From a virus (lineage: Duplodnaviria > Caudoviricetes), in IMG/VR virus record IMGVR_UViG_2974651877_000001, positions 49,761 to 113,760 of that record: a stretch of DNA of 64,000 nt; one strand, written 5' to 3'. The notes below the pieces were generated by a model, which ran no database searches, was not told where the DNA came from, and saw only the letters and a program-made list of their open reading frames with translations. Each line of letters starts with the position of its first letter. The stretch's first letter is position 1. Below, one piece after another: positions 16,453-25,979 of the stretch. A program made the position numbers and the translations under genes.

Positions 16453-16802
16453 TGTTCTCAAATAAGGTTATTATAACAATACTAGCTGCAATGAGTCTAG
16501 TCGCATGTAGTCCAGAAAAGAAAATTGTATACGTGGACAAGGATACAGGGAAGGAGCTACCTGCGGACCAAGCTCCTATAGCTAAGAAGGTGGATGTATA
16601 CCTAAACCTACCAGTAAAGAACACGGATACATGGTCAGGGGATTCTTATCACCTACATCGTCGGTGTATAGATGGATACCAGTACTACTTCGAGTATACA
16701 GGCCACGGAGGCGTAGCCTTCCCAGTTCTGTATGACGCAAAAAATGGGTCACATATAAGAACTTGTGACCCTAAAAACTTCAAAGTTAAAAAGGGTAAAT
16801 AG
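16452..16802 (+). CDS. lipoprotein
   Basis: Lipobox LVAC; CIDGYQY motif. Confidence 0.8.
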   Translation: MFSNKVIITILAAMSLVACSPEKKIVYVDKDTGKELPADQAPIAKKVDVYLNLPVKNTDTWSGDSYHLHRRCIDGYQYYFEYTGHGGVAFPVLYDAKNGSHIRTCDPKNFKVKKGK

Positions 16803-16823
16803 GAGGCTTCGGCCTCCTTTTTT
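16801..16823 (+). terminator. Rho-independent terminator
   Basis: AGGAGGC-TTCG-GCCTCCT followed by a T-run. Confidence 0.9.
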
Positions 16824-16834
16824 AGTTTCTTCAG

Positions 16835-16863
16835 TTGTCAAATCTCTCAAATCAGCGTATAAT
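16835..16863 (+). promoter_or_regulatory. sigma70 early promoter
   Basis: TTGTCA-N17-TATAAT. Confidence 0.8.
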
Positions 16864-16894
16864 ATATTTATAAACTGAAATGAAGGAAGCAATC

Positions 16895-17314
16895 ATGGAC
16901 ATAACAGCCAAGCTAAAACTCCTAAGACAACAAATAACTCAACTAGAACAGGAGTTCCGAGACTTCATAGCGGATGAGGAAAATATACCTCTAGATGTTC
17001 GATGGAAGACTTACTGCGAGAACCAAGACTTGCTGGACTTTGGAGACTACGGAGACTGTGCGTATGAACCAGAAATAACAGCTATCCTGAAAACTGTAAA
17101 GGAAGACTTTGCAGGCCAAATATGCTGGCACTCAGACTTAAATATCCACCGCTACCAGAAAGTTAAGTACAAGGATATTATCGAGTTCCTAGAGATGTAC
17201 AACTGGGACGCTACGGAGCAGCGTATCCTATCCCAAGAAGTAGCCGATTTAATAGTAGAGATGAAAGAAAGCCTACTACTAGACTCCAACGGAGGTTTTA
17301 CATATGACTGGTAA
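16895..17314 (+). CDS. hypothetical protein
   Basis: ATG 16895 after AAGGA. Confidence 0.7.
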   Translation: MDITAKLKLLRQQITQLEQEFRDFIADEENIPLDVRWKTYCENQDLLDFGDYGDCAYEPEITAILKTVKEDFAGQICWHSDLNIHRYQKVKYKDIIEFLEMYNWDATEQRILSQEVADLIVEMKESLLLDSNGGFTYDW

Positions 17315-17654
17315 TACGCTAAAAGTATCTCCAATGCTGGAAAGCAACGAACGAATCACTTACTTTGTATATGTAGTGGCGGAAGGTTATGTCAGTGAGT
17401 TTCGTACACCGCAGCTAAGTTATCAGTTAGCTGGCACCACCAATCTAGAACACGCTATTTACGACGCTTTCCGATACGCCAATTTTCACGGACTATCTGA
17501 GGCTTGCGTGAGCACAGCTTTTCTAGATGCGGTGGGTGACCTATTAGATGTAGAATACCTACAATCCTCTTTACTGTCGTACCAGGACACATTCGGAGAC
17601 CTGTACGAATTTAAAACCACAGGAGTACGTAATGAAGAAAGAAAAATTAGCTGA
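17304..17654 (+). CDS. hypothetical protein
   Basis: 116-aa ORF with GGAGG RBS. Confidence 0.7.
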   Translation: MTGNTLKVSPMLESNERITYFVYVVAEGYVSEFRTPQLSYQLAGTTNLEHAIYDAFRYANFHGLSEACVSTAFLDAVGDLLDVEYLQSSLLSYQDTFGDLYEFKTTGVRNEERKIS

Positions 17655-18096
17655 GCTAGTTGCTAGGGGAGCGCATAAAGGGCAGAAGTACGGCGGTTAT
17701 GACTACGACTACCACCTAGAGATGGTTGTAGGTATGGCTCGCTTTCTTTACCCAGAGTCTCCCAAACTAGGCCTAATCCTTCAAGGCTGCTGGCTTCACG
17801 ATGTGGTTGAAGATACAGACCTTAGTCTAGATGACCTAAGGGATATGGGATTCCATCACGAAGTGGTTAAGGCGGTTAGTCTAGTCACCAAAGACGAAAA
17901 GTACGTCAAAGATAAACACTTCCTGTACTTAGCCTCGATAGCGCAAGACAACTTAGCCTTTAAGGTGAAAGTCGCTGACACTATGGCCAACCTACAGCAA
18001 AATGTCAGGGAAGGTAACTACAGTGGTGTTAGGAAATACACAATACAACTAAAAGAGTTGCATGAAGCCAAGAGCCAAAGGAGTACACATGTATAA
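17632..18096 (+). CDS. HD-domain small alarmone hydrolase-like protein (SpoT/Mesh1 family)
   Basis: AH.GQ.Y, Y..HL..V, LHDVVEDT and VK.AD...N motifs. Confidence 0.85.
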   Translation: MKKEKLAELVARGAHKGQKYGGYDYDYHLEMVVGMARFLYPESPKLGLILQGCWLHDVVEDTDLSLDDLRDMGFHHEVVKAVSLVTKDEKYVKDKHFLYLASIAQDNLAFKVKVADTMANLQQNVREGNYSGVRKYTIQLKELHEAKSQRSTHV

Positions 18097-18418
18097 TCCA
18101 AGACCTCCTAGACCCAACTTACCAAGAACCCAAAAACCCATTATCGTAGAGCTGCGTAGAGTACTGAAAGAGCCTCTTAGAACCAAGAAGGTAACTCAAT
18201 CACTGTCTCCTATCTCCAGTAGAAAACATAAGAAAGAAGAGGCCTTCTTCCTTATTGGACGACTAGTAACAGTAACTAGAAAGTGGTTCGGTCTATCTAG
18301 TAAAACGGAAACTGAGTTCGTTTACGTAATATGCCTCGGTAGTTCAATGGTTGGATATACTAGGACAAAAGAGGCGGCAAAATCCGTAGTACGAACCTTA
18401 AATAAAGAGATGTCTTAA
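18089..18418 (+). CDS. basic hypothetical protein
   Basis: ATG 18089 after AAGGAG. Confidence 0.65.
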   Translation: MYNPRPPRPNLPRTQKPIIVELRRVLKEPLRTKKVTQSLSPISSRKHKKEEAFFLIGRLVTVTRKWFGLSSKTETEFVYVICLGSSMVGYTRTKEAAKSVVRTLNKEMS

Positions 18419-19368
18419 TGAAAGAACTAAATCTAGTACAACTACACGACTTGGTATCCCAAGGCCTAGTTCGTACTAAAGAATATCCAGCCCTTGGGCT
18501 AACTATACATAAGTATTCTCGCAAAGTGTTTTACGACGCTCTGTGGGGTACAGGGCCAATGCTAGAAGAATCTCGCGGACTAGTATTAGACTCTGAAGGC
18601 CGTATTATCATGCGCCCTTTCCGAAAAGTCTATAACTATCTAGAAAGAGATAGCTGTAAGTATGTAGACCCAAACATGAAAGTACGTGTCGTTGAAAAAA
18701 TCAATGGCTTCATGGCTCAAGCAGTTAAATTCGCAGGCCAAACCTTAATAGGTACTACAGGTACACTAGACTCTGATTACGCTAAGCTAGCTAGAAAGGT
18801 TATTGAATCCGCTAATCCTGTGGAGGAGTTTTACGGTATAACTGATAACAAATTCCGTGGGTTTGAAAACTACACTACCTTGTTTGAGATATGTGACCCA
18901 TCTGACCCACATATTATACCAGAAGAAGCAGGAGCTTACCTGATAGGTATTCGTTGCAATCAAACGGGTGAGCTGCTGGACGAGATGAAGCTAGATTTGT
19001 ATGCGCATATCTGGGGGTTCAAGCGTCCTAAGCACTTCATAACTACCTTCGAAGACGCAGTGGCTATGCGAAAAACCTGTAAACATGAAGGGTACATGGT
19101 TCAGTCCCTAAACGGGGAAGTGCTGTGTAAGATGAAGTCTCACTACTACTTAGCCAAGAAAGCATTTATGCGCATGGGTAAACAACGTTGCGCCTTGATG
19201 TATAAGAACCCTAATAAGTTTAAAGAGCAGATAGACGAGGAGTTCTATGGGGTAGTAGACTATATCACCAAAGTGTATACTGAAGAAGAGTGGAATGGCA
19301 GAACTCCACTAGGTAGAGAAGATGTTTTCTGCTCCTTCTTTGCCGAAACAGCAGACAATAGCTTTTAG
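18418..19368 (+). CDS. RNA ligase (Rnl1-like)
   Basis: ESRGLV, PF.KVYNY.E, KING (motif I), LFE, EGY and K.KS..Y motifs. Confidence 0.88.
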   Translation: MKELNLVQLHDLVSQGLVRTKEYPALGLTIHKYSRKVFYDALWGTGPMLEESRGLVLDSEGRIIMRPFRKVYNYLERDSCKYVDPNMKVRVVEKINGFMAQAVKFAGQTLIGTTGTLDSDYAKLARKVIESANPVEEFYGITDNKFRGFENYTTLFEICDPSDPHIIPEEAGAYLIGIRCNQTGELLDEMKLDLYAHIWGFKRPKHFITTFEDAVAMRKTCKHEGYMVQSLNGEVLCKMKSHYYLAKKAFMRMGKQRCALMYKNPNKFKEQIDEEFYGVVDYITKVYTEEEWNGRTPLGREDVFCSFFAETADNSF

Positions 19369-19376
19369 GAGTATTT

Positions 19377-19739
19377 ATGACTACTAGAAAAGTACCAGAA
19401 GAAGTTAAACTATACAGGTCTAGAGATGGTATATTTTTCGATACTATGACCAATGCAGGGTATCGTGACCAGTTACTAGACCTACGTGAAGCCTGTTCCA
19501 ATGCAAACAAAAAACTCACTGAGTATGTACGTAACTGCGAACACCCTGAGTACTCTGAAACGGGAACTGAATTGGCTTTGCGTGAAACCGACGTGCAAGA
19601 TGAGTGGGGCACTTATATGTCTGACCAAGTAGAGCGAGTCACGTATAAGTGCAAGTGCTGTGGGGCTATAGGTCACCGATGGGTGGATAGCGACCAAATT
19701 GTGTTCTACCGCCCAATTAATCCAATGTGGGATTCGTAA
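19377..19739 (+). CDS. hypothetical protein with a C-terminal Cys cluster
   Basis: 120-aa ORF; CEH and CKCCG. Confidence 0.7.
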   Translation: MTTRKVPEEVKLYRSRDGIFFDTMTNAGYRDQLLDLREACSNANKKLTEYVRNCEHPEYSETGTELALRETDVQDEWGTYMSDQVERVTYKCKCCGAIGHRWVDSDQIVFYRPINPMWDS

Positions 19740-20294
19740 ATGAGTAAGGTAGCTTGCCTAGTTGGTTCTAGGAATATCACAAATCAGGATAGAGAGCGCA
19801 TACGTACTGTAGGAGAACTACTCTTCTTCCTACACTATATTGGGCGTTCTGGCAACGCTGAAGGTGTAGACCAAGAATGGGATAAATACCTGTTCGTTCA
19901 ACACATACTACCGTGGAACGGGTTTAACGGAGCCCATAACGGTGACTGTGACTACCAATACCTAGCCCTAAACTTTGCTCCTGAGGAGCTTAGAACTAAG
20001 GCAGAGGCTATAGCCATAGAGCATCACCCTTACGGGGATACCTTAAGGGAGGGCCCACTAAAACTCCATACGCGGAATGTTTTTCAGCCCCTAGGGTTAA
20101 AGCTGTCTCCAGAAACCTATGCGGAACTAACAATATACTGCGCTCCAGAATCCCCTTACGGGGTAGTTAAGGGCGGCACGGCGACAGCCGTGAGCATCTC
20201 TAGGACTCATGGTATTCCTACCTATAACCTTAGAGACGACGAACAGTACCAAGATTTGCTCAATAAATTAAGAGCAGAACTGGAAGAAATGTAA
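19740..20294 (+). CDS. DprA/Smf-like (SLOG fold) protein
   Basis: VGSR, RSGNAEGVD, LPW.GFN, RNVFQ.LG, GGTATAV and IP.YNL motifs. Confidence 0.8.
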   Translation: MSKVACLVGSRNITNQDRERIRTVGELLFFLHYIGRSGNAEGVDQEWDKYLFVQHILPWNGFNGAHNGDCDYQYLALNFAPEELRTKAEAIAIEHHPYGDTLREGPLKLHTRNVFQPLGLKLSPETYAELTIYCAPESPYGVVKGGTATAVSISRTHGIPTYNLRDDEQYQDLLNKLRAELEEM

Positions 20295-20296
20295 AT

Positions 20297-20331
20297 AAAT
20301 GCTCGCTTCGGCGGGCATTTTTCGTTATAAT
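20297..20331 (+). terminator. terminator overlapping a sigma70 promoter
   Basis: AATGCTCGC-TTCG-GCGGGCATTTTT; TCGCTT(20303)-N17-TATAAT(20326). Confidence 0.7.
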
Positions 20332-20347
20332 ATATGTATAAAATGAA

Positions 20348-20590
20348 TTGAAGGAACATTTGTTGGAAATGAGACATAAGTTATACTATAAGTACATAGA
20401 TATGTTATCCGATGAGCAAGCGAGGCTTCGTGGGTACATCCGGGTCGCAAAGAATGAACGCGCGGCAGATTTAGCACTTCGCAGATTTTCTAGTAGTAGA
20501 GCCCGCCTGGTGATTGCAACAAAACTATTAATCGCTAGATACACTATGCGTGCAGCAGCGTTTGACCAGACTATAAACTACTTTAAATAA
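20348..20590 (+). CDS. basic hypothetical protein
   Basis: 80-aa ORF after a promoter; start codon uncertain. Confidence 0.6.
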   Translation: MKEHLLEMRHKLYYKYIDMLSDEQARLRGYIRVAKNERAADLALRRFSSSRARLVIATKLLIARYTMRAAAFDQTINYFK

Positions 20591-20606
20591 CCAACTGGAG
20601 CCAATT

Positions 20607-21176
20607 ATGAAAAACTACTTATTCTTTTACAAACTAGGCGGTGCTGGCGTTGGTTGTGACGCAACTGGTATCTGCTGCTTCGAAGTTGAAGACCCTGAAA
20701 AAGTTATGGAAAACCGCGAGGTTAACGACGTTCTGTGGGAAATGGCCTGTGACAACGCTGAGTCTTTCGGTATATACCCTACTCCTGACTACGAGGTTGA
20801 GGAAGACGAGGAGGACAACTACTCTGAAGACATTTACGGCCACGCTGTACCTTTCGACCTTGAAAAACATGGTGGTAAGCTGTGTGGTGGCGGTAACTGG
20901 AGAACTCATATTGACGAGCCAGGCACCCCTGTCTTTGAAGATGGCTACTGGGTTCTAGACACTAGTGAAGCCGCTCGTGCGAAAACGGCAAAAGACCTAG
21001 AGCTTAAATCTGTAGACGAGTGTCAGTACCGTCTTGAAAAGAAAATGGAACGTGTGCTAGCTGAGGCTGACCGTATCGAACGTGAGCGTGTACGTCTTGA
21101 GAAAGAGATTGTCGCGCTTAAGCTTAAAGCACGTAAGCTAGTAGCTTCTGGTGCTGAGTATTTTGAAGAAGACTAG
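20607..21176 (+). CDS. hypothetical protein (acidic N-terminus, coiled-coil C-terminus)
   Basis: 189-aa ORF with GGAG RBS. Confidence 0.8.
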   Translation: MKNYLFFYKLGGAGVGCDATGICCFEVEDPEKVMENREVNDVLWEMACDNAESFGIYPTPDYEVEEDEEDNYSEDIYGHAVPFDLEKHGGKLCGGGNWRTHIDEPGTPVFEDGYWVLDTSEAARAKTAKDLELKSVDECQYRLEKKMERVLAEADRIERERVRLEKEIVALKLKARKLVASGAEYFEED

Positions 21177-21185
21177 GAGCGGTTA

Positions 21186-22235
21186 GTGAATATATTTGTA
21201 CTTGACTTAGACCCTAAAGTAGCGGCGACGTATCACTGTAACAAACATGTTATCTCACAGATGAAAGAGTCAGTACAGATGTTATGCTCTGCTTTGCTGA
21301 TGAATGATAACCCAGTACCTCTAAATAAATCAGGTAAGCCTTACGAGCTGGCTTACCCAAACCATCCGTGTACTAGATGGGTGGCGGAGGGTATTGGCAA
21401 CTACCAATGGCTGTGGGATTTATCTATGGCTCTGGTAGAGGAGGCTGAAATGCGGTTTGGTGGAGAGTATCATTTAGGGACTATATTGCGTGATGGTTCT
21501 TTACCACGAGAACCTGCTAAGTGGCTACACCCAAAGCACTCTCCAGTGCCTCACCGTACTCCTTTTGCAAACGCCACCGCAGACTGGCTAAAGTCTTCCG
21601 AGATGTGGGATAACCCCTCTACCTTTAACCAGCTAAACGCGATAGACATCTACCGACTATACTACATGATGGACAAGTGCCACATGACCTCGGTGGACAT
21701 GAAAGAAGCCAATATACATTGGAAATCAGCACACACCCTAGGGCAGGAGTTCACTGACCTAGATATTTGGACTAACAGAGGAGCACCGGCCTTTATGAGC
21801 GACAGATTTTATGCACAACAATGTGAATATTTCGGTATCAAGCCAGCCCAGTTAATCCATATGGGTAGATACCCAGACCACCCTGACTCTATCAAGCTAA
21901 AAGAGAAGATGGAGCGAAAAATGGGCAAGAAAGCTTCAGGTACCGTAGGTACTAAGTCTAAGAGAGTCACCAAGGCAGATGTACTAGTGGACATCCGTGA
22001 GCAGATTGGCTCACAAGCTTGTGACGGCTTCTTGAAGCTTACACTAACCGACATGCAAAAGGTGAAACTAGCTCTAGTAGACTTAGAGATGCCAGAGAAT
22101 ATCCCTATGCCAGTAGGTAGACTAAAGGCACCGTTTGTTGATGCGCTAGCATCGTTGATACCTTGTGACGCTGACTTCTCAAAAATGACCGTAGCGGAAC
22201 TAAAAGAAATCTTAACACACTTTGGAGCAGAATAA
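21186..22235 (+). CDS. pyrimidine-dimer DNA glycosylase-family protein with C-terminal extension
   Basis: MNIF.LD.DP..AA.YHC.KHV, E..Q.LC, NHPC..W, NY.WL and YRLYY motifs. Confidence 0.75.
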   Translation: MNIFVLDLDPKVAATYHCNKHVISQMKESVQMLCSALLMNDNPVPLNKSGKPYELAYPNHPCTRWVAEGIGNYQWLWDLSMALVEEAEMRFGGEYHLGTILRDGSLPREPAKWLHPKHSPVPHRTPFANATADWLKSSEMWDNPSTFNQLNAIDIYRLYYMMDKCHMTSVDMKEANIHWKSAHTLGQEFTDLDIWTNRGAPAFMSDRFYAQQCEYFGIKPAQLIHMGRYPDHPDSIKLKEKMERKMGKKASGTVGTKSKRVTKADVLVDIREQIGSQACDGFLKLTLTDMQKVKLALVDLEMPENIPMPVGRLKAPFVDALASLIPCDADFSKMTVAELKEILTHFGAE

Positions 22236-22570
22236 TGAGTAAAGAAGTATATGTAGTATTAAGTAAAGAGCAGCCTTGGATACCCCTAATCCCCCTAGAA
22301 GGTAAGGTGATTCAAGCTACTATCACGGGTGGCTACCTAAGTGTCGTCTGTCCAGACGGGGAAATGTTCAATATCGAAATGGAACCCGATTGGGAGCTGC
22401 AGGGTGGGGATGCCCAGTTTAGTATCGTGGATAAAGATGTGTTCGCAGAGCAGGATTACTACACTCTGGCTAATATCCTTAAAGAATGCTCCACTCCTAT
22501 TCTGGTCAATGGGCGGAAAGTAACAGGGGCTCGAGTGATTGACGGTGAAATCCACTTGGAGGTTAAATGA
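22235..22570 (+). CDS. hypothetical protein
   Basis: 111-aa coupled ORF. Confidence 0.7.
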   Translation: MSKEVYVVLSKEQPWIPLIPLEGKVIQATITGGYLSVVCPDGEMFNIEMEPDWELQGGDAQFSIVDKDVFAEQDYYTLANILKECSTPILVNGRKVTGARVIDGEIHLEVK

Positions 22571-23040
22571 CGTACCCAATACTATTCCTAGACTTCGACG
22601 GAGTCATAAACTCAGACGAGGGAGAGATAGAGTGGTTGAAAGGTGATTTCTTCGGGTTCTTTCAGCCACACCTAGTGGATAGAGTGAACAAAATCACCCA
22701 AGCCGTACCTAACTGCAAGCTAGTAATAAGCTCAACATGGCGGCTAGGTACTGATATAGACGAGCTTGCAGACATATGTCTGCGTCTCGGCTTGACCGCA
22801 GAAGTTATAGGTAAAACGTGCTCTTTCGGTAAGTACTCTGTTAGAGGCAATGAAATCTACGCATACCTTAAAGACAACGCGGAAGAGTTGGGACATGACT
22901 ATAGAGCTTACGTTATCTTAGATGATGACTGTGATATGCTCTACCCACAACGCCATAATTTTGTTCGTGTAAACGGAATGAAAGGGATACAAGAGTCCGA
23001 CGTCGATAAGGCTATAGCCATATTTCTAGAGAATCTTTGA
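22567..23040 (+). CDS. HAD phosphatase (Swiss-army-knife RNA-repair type)
   Basis: FLDFDGV, ISSTWR, RG.EI..YL and YVILDDD motifs. Confidence 0.85.
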   Translation: MTYPILFLDFDGVINSDEGEIEWLKGDFFGFFQPHLVDRVNKITQAVPNCKLVISSTWRLGTDIDELADICLRLGLTAEVIGKTCSFGKYSVRGNEIYAYLKDNAEELGHDYRAYVILDDDCDMLYPQRHNFVRVNGMKGIQESDVDKAIAIFLENL

Positions 23041-23069
23041 TTGCAAAGATTCTCTTTTTTCGTTATAAT
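23041..23069 (+). promoter_or_regulatory. sigma70 early promoter
   Basis: TTGCAA-N17-TATAAT. Confidence 0.8.
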
Positions 23070-23099
23070 ACTTGTATAAAATGAATTGAGGGAATAAGC

Positions 23100-23336
23100 A
23101 TGACATACGAAGAGTACATAGATAAGATAGAGGAAATTGTGTCCCCTGAGTTCTCTACTATCTCCCAAATTGACCATGACGGTGGCTGGGTTACTGTAGA
23201 TGGTATACCTAATTACTGGAGCACTTATGTAGTTAGCGAACTAGAGGCCAAGGGACTAACCTTCCACGGCACTGCGCCTGTAGGGGAAAATACTACCTAC
23301 TACTTTAAGCTTAATCTGGAGTTCTACTTAAAATGA
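23100..23336 (+). CDS. hypothetical protein
   Basis: 78-aa ORF with GAGGG RBS. Confidence 0.7.
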   Translation: MTYEEYIDKIEEIVSPEFSTISQIDHDGGWVTVDGIPNYWSTYVVSELEAKGLTFHGTAPVGENTTYYFKLNLEFYLK

Positions 23337-23743
23337 AAACACTATACCTAATTCGTGGTGTATCCGGCTCGGGCAAAACTACTATGGCCAAGACCTTAGA
23401 GGCTGCCCTTCCTGACGCTGTAGCCTACGCTGCTGACGACTTCTTCTATGATGCTCAAGGCAACTACAATTGGGAGCGTAAACAGTTAGGACGAGCACAT
23501 AATTGGTGTGTTACTCAAGTAGCCCGTGCTTTGGCAGATACCCATGTAGAGAACGTCATTGTTCACAATACTTTCTCCACAGATAAAGAGGTGCGCCCAT
23601 ATATTGAGATGGCGGAAGACTTTGGGGCACGAATCGTATCTTTAGCGGTAGAAAACCGTCATGGTAACTGTTCAGTGCATAACGTACCTGAAGCAACACT
23701 AGAGCGTCAGCGCCGTTGTCTACGGGATAGTCTGAAACTATAG
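23333..23743 (+). CDS. P-loop polynucleotide-kinase-like protein (AAA_33 type)
   Basis: LIRGVSGSGKTT, ADDFF, AHNWC, VIVHNT and SVHNVP motifs. Confidence 0.85.
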   Translation: MKTLYLIRGVSGSGKTTMAKTLEAALPDAVAYAADDFFYDAQGNYNWERKQLGRAHNWCVTQVARALADTHVENVIVHNTFSTDKEVRPYIEMAEDFGARIVSLAVENRHGNCSVHNVPEATLERQRRCLRDSLKL

Positions 23744-23751
23744 GAGACTGT

Positions 23752-24006
23752 ATGGAGTATAAAAGCAACGGGGCGTACTTTAAAAAGTACGTCCTAGAAC
23801 AGATGCTAGATGAAATAGCATTCAGCTTTCCAGACGTGTTCCACGCCATATTAGTAAGCGACCCAATACACTTTAAATACACTGCTAGGGTATGTTGTCA
23901 TCTGAGTGACGACCCCATAGAAGTCACTGAAAATATTTGGGATTACGACAAACTTCTACTCGGTGTAGAGGAAAAATTGATAAATTTATATTGCCAAGAT
24001 TCGTGA
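23752..24006 (+). CDS. hypothetical protein
   Basis: 84-aa ORF with AGGAG RBS. Confidence 0.7.
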   Translation: MEYKSNGAYFKKYVLEQMLDEIAFSFPDVFHAILVSDPIHFKYTARVCCHLSDDPIEVTENIWDYDKLLLGVEEKLINLYCQDS

Positions 24007-24019
24007 ATTTCGATATAAT
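23991..24019 (+). promoter_or_regulatory. sigma70 early promoter
   Basis: TTGCCA-N17-TATAAT. Confidence 0.8.
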
Positions 24020-24035
24020 AATTATATAAATTGAG

Positions 24036-24401
24036 ATGGAGAAAGTTATGTTAGTTAAAATCACCAAAGACGACGTAGTGGCTGGCCTTCAAGCCACCCT
24101 AGAAGGAACGTGTACCTACTCTAGTTACTGCAGTACGGCGGTAGAGGATACCTGTTATAACTTCCTAGCATCTTATGTGGCTGGCCACTTAGGTGGTAGA
24201 ACGCCTATGTATAAATATTCTGACGAATTAGAGAAACTGGCTAAAGCTCTAGCCCACTACCTAGATACTGACGATGTGTGGGATAAAGCCTATGATTCAT
24301 GGGCTGGGTCTGGCTTTTCGCTATGCGAAGCTTGCGGTTGGTGGGGAGAGTACCTTAACGACGAACCTGTATGTGATTCCTGTGTGGAGGACGACTTATG
24401 A
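24036..24401 (+). CDS. hypothetical protein with a C-terminal Zn ribbon
   Basis: CEACGWW...CDSC. Confidence 0.7.
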   Translation: MEKVMLVKITKDDVVAGLQATLEGTCTYSSYCSTAVEDTCYNFLASYVAGHLGGRTPMYKYSDELEKLAKALAHYLDTDDVWDKAYDSWAGSGFSLCEACGWWGEYLNDEPVCDSCVEDDL

Positions 24402-24751
24402 GAGTAAAATTCATCCAGTCTATAACAGTAACCTCCAATAACTGGGGTTCTTTACTAGCTTATTTGATTAAGGAGGAGTGAGATAAAGCCTTCTTCTCAC
24501 TAGACCCAGAATTTGAGAGTGAGTCAGTAGAAAAGCTATGTAGAGACATAGCTATTCAGATTCTACAGACGCCTGCTAACTACCATGCAGATTATCAGAC
24601 TAAATTTATAGAAGGTTTTGGGACATTCTATCAGGTAGACGACCCTTGGAGCCCAGAACAACTAACCACCTGGGTATGGTGGAGCGAAGACAAAGAACAC
24701 ATCCTAGTAGCAGTAGAAGAACCAGACGAAGACGAGGTAGAAGCAGAATGA
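24398..24751 (+). pseudogene. 117-codon gene interrupted by an in-frame TGA at codon 28
   Basis: ATGA-coupled at both ends; single stop at 24479-24481. Confidence 0.6.
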
Positions 24752-25002
24752 TAGACCTGTCAGAATATAAGAAAGCAGTAATCAACTTGGTGAAGGCTAG
24801 ACGTAAGGTCATGAATCTGCACCGCACCCAAGAAGAAGGTACTGTAGGTAATAAGCTATCTCGCGAAGCCTATAAAGCACTCTCACAACTAGAAGATGCT
24901 TATCAAGGGGTATCTGCTGCACGTGGTGAAGTCGCTAGACTAGAACGTAATATCAAAAACCAACTATTTAGAGAGTTGATTGACAAAGAAGGAGCATTGT
25001 AG
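24748..25002 (+). CDS. hypothetical coiled-coil protein
   Basis: ATG 24748 after GAGG (track ORF 24646-25002). Confidence 0.7.
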   Translation: MIDLSEYKKAVINLVKARRKVMNLHRTQEEGTVGNKLSREAYKALSQLEDAYQGVSAARGEVARLERNIKNQLFRELIDKEGAL

Positions 25003-25583
25003 TGCGACTTACATTTAACGAGAAGTTAGACCCTAACGTAACCTACTGGACTACGTCAGACCTACACTTCGGACACAAAAATATCCTTAACTTCTGTCCA
25101 GAAACCCGACCACAGGCTTCCGTAGAAGAAATGGATGAGCACCTAATTAATCACTGGAACTCTCTGGTGAAAGAGAACGACGTAATTTTCCACTTAGGGG
25201 ACTTCTCGTTCTACGGGGCTGAGAAGACCAAACGTATTATCGACCGCCTCAATGGGGAGATTGTATGGATTCGTGGGAACCACGACAAGAGTTTAGACTC
25301 TGTCCTACAACGGTCTGGAGACCATATGCATGAATACGTAGAGTGCCGTCTAGACGGCACTAAACTATGCCTTATGCACTTCCCTTTGGCTGAATGGAAC
25401 CAGAAACATCGTGGGGCTATCATGCTTCACGGACACCAACATGGTAGCGGGCCTGGGTACCCAGGACGTATTGCGGACGTAGGGTATGACGCTTGTGGGA
25501 GCATCTTAAAACTACGCAGCGTGGTAGCGTACATTAAAGCAGGAGACCCGTACAAGGGTGAGGAGTCCCGAGACCGTGGTTAG
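25002..25583 (+). CDS. calcineurin-like metallophosphoesterase
   Basis: SDLHFGH, LGD, GNHD, HFP, HGHQH and DVG.D motifs. Confidence 0.9.
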   Translation: MRLTFNEKLDPNVTYWTTSDLHFGHKNILNFCPETRPQASVEEMDEHLINHWNSLVKENDVIFHLGDFSFYGAEKTKRIIDRLNGEIVWIRGNHDKSLDSVLQRSGDHMHEYVECRLDGTKLCLMHFPLAEWNQKHRGAIMLHGHQHGSGPGYPGRIADVGYDACGSILKLRSVVAYIKAGDPYKGEESRDRG

Positions 25584-25592
25584 GGAGAGCGT

Positions 25593-25979
25593 ATGATTAC
25601 ATCATCTTTGGGTCTAAAGATTTCTTTAGGCCTATTACTCGTAGCGTCAGCCACCGCAGGGTGGTTTGCGCTACAACACTCTAGAGCGGAAACTGCTCTA
25701 GCCGAGAAAACAGCAAAGATAGAATCCCTACAGTTAGACCTTTCAGCAGCGAACCAAGCTCTAGTTCAGGCTAAGAGTAGGGAGAATCGCCTGTATGACT
25801 TACAGGTCGATTACGAAAACCAACTATCCGATTTACGGAAGTCCTTAGTACAGAAGAACGAAGAAATCAATCAGTACAAAGGTAGGCAGGATGTAGTATA
25901 TGCTAAGCCAGGATTGGTAGAGCGTTTAGAGCAGAAGGCTCTAGATAAATTCTTTACGGAGGTGGAGAATGCGAATTAA
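25593..25979 (+). CDS. i-spanin (Rz-like, T4 PseT.3 type)
   Basis: N-terminal TM, coiled coil, C-terminal AKPGLVE motif. Confidence 0.8.
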   Translation: MITSSLGLKISLGLLLVASATAGWFALQHSRAETALAEKTAKIESLQLDLSAANQALVQAKSRENRLYDLQVDYENQLSDLRKSLVQKNEEINQYKGRQDVVYAKPGLVERLEQKALDKFFTEVENAN

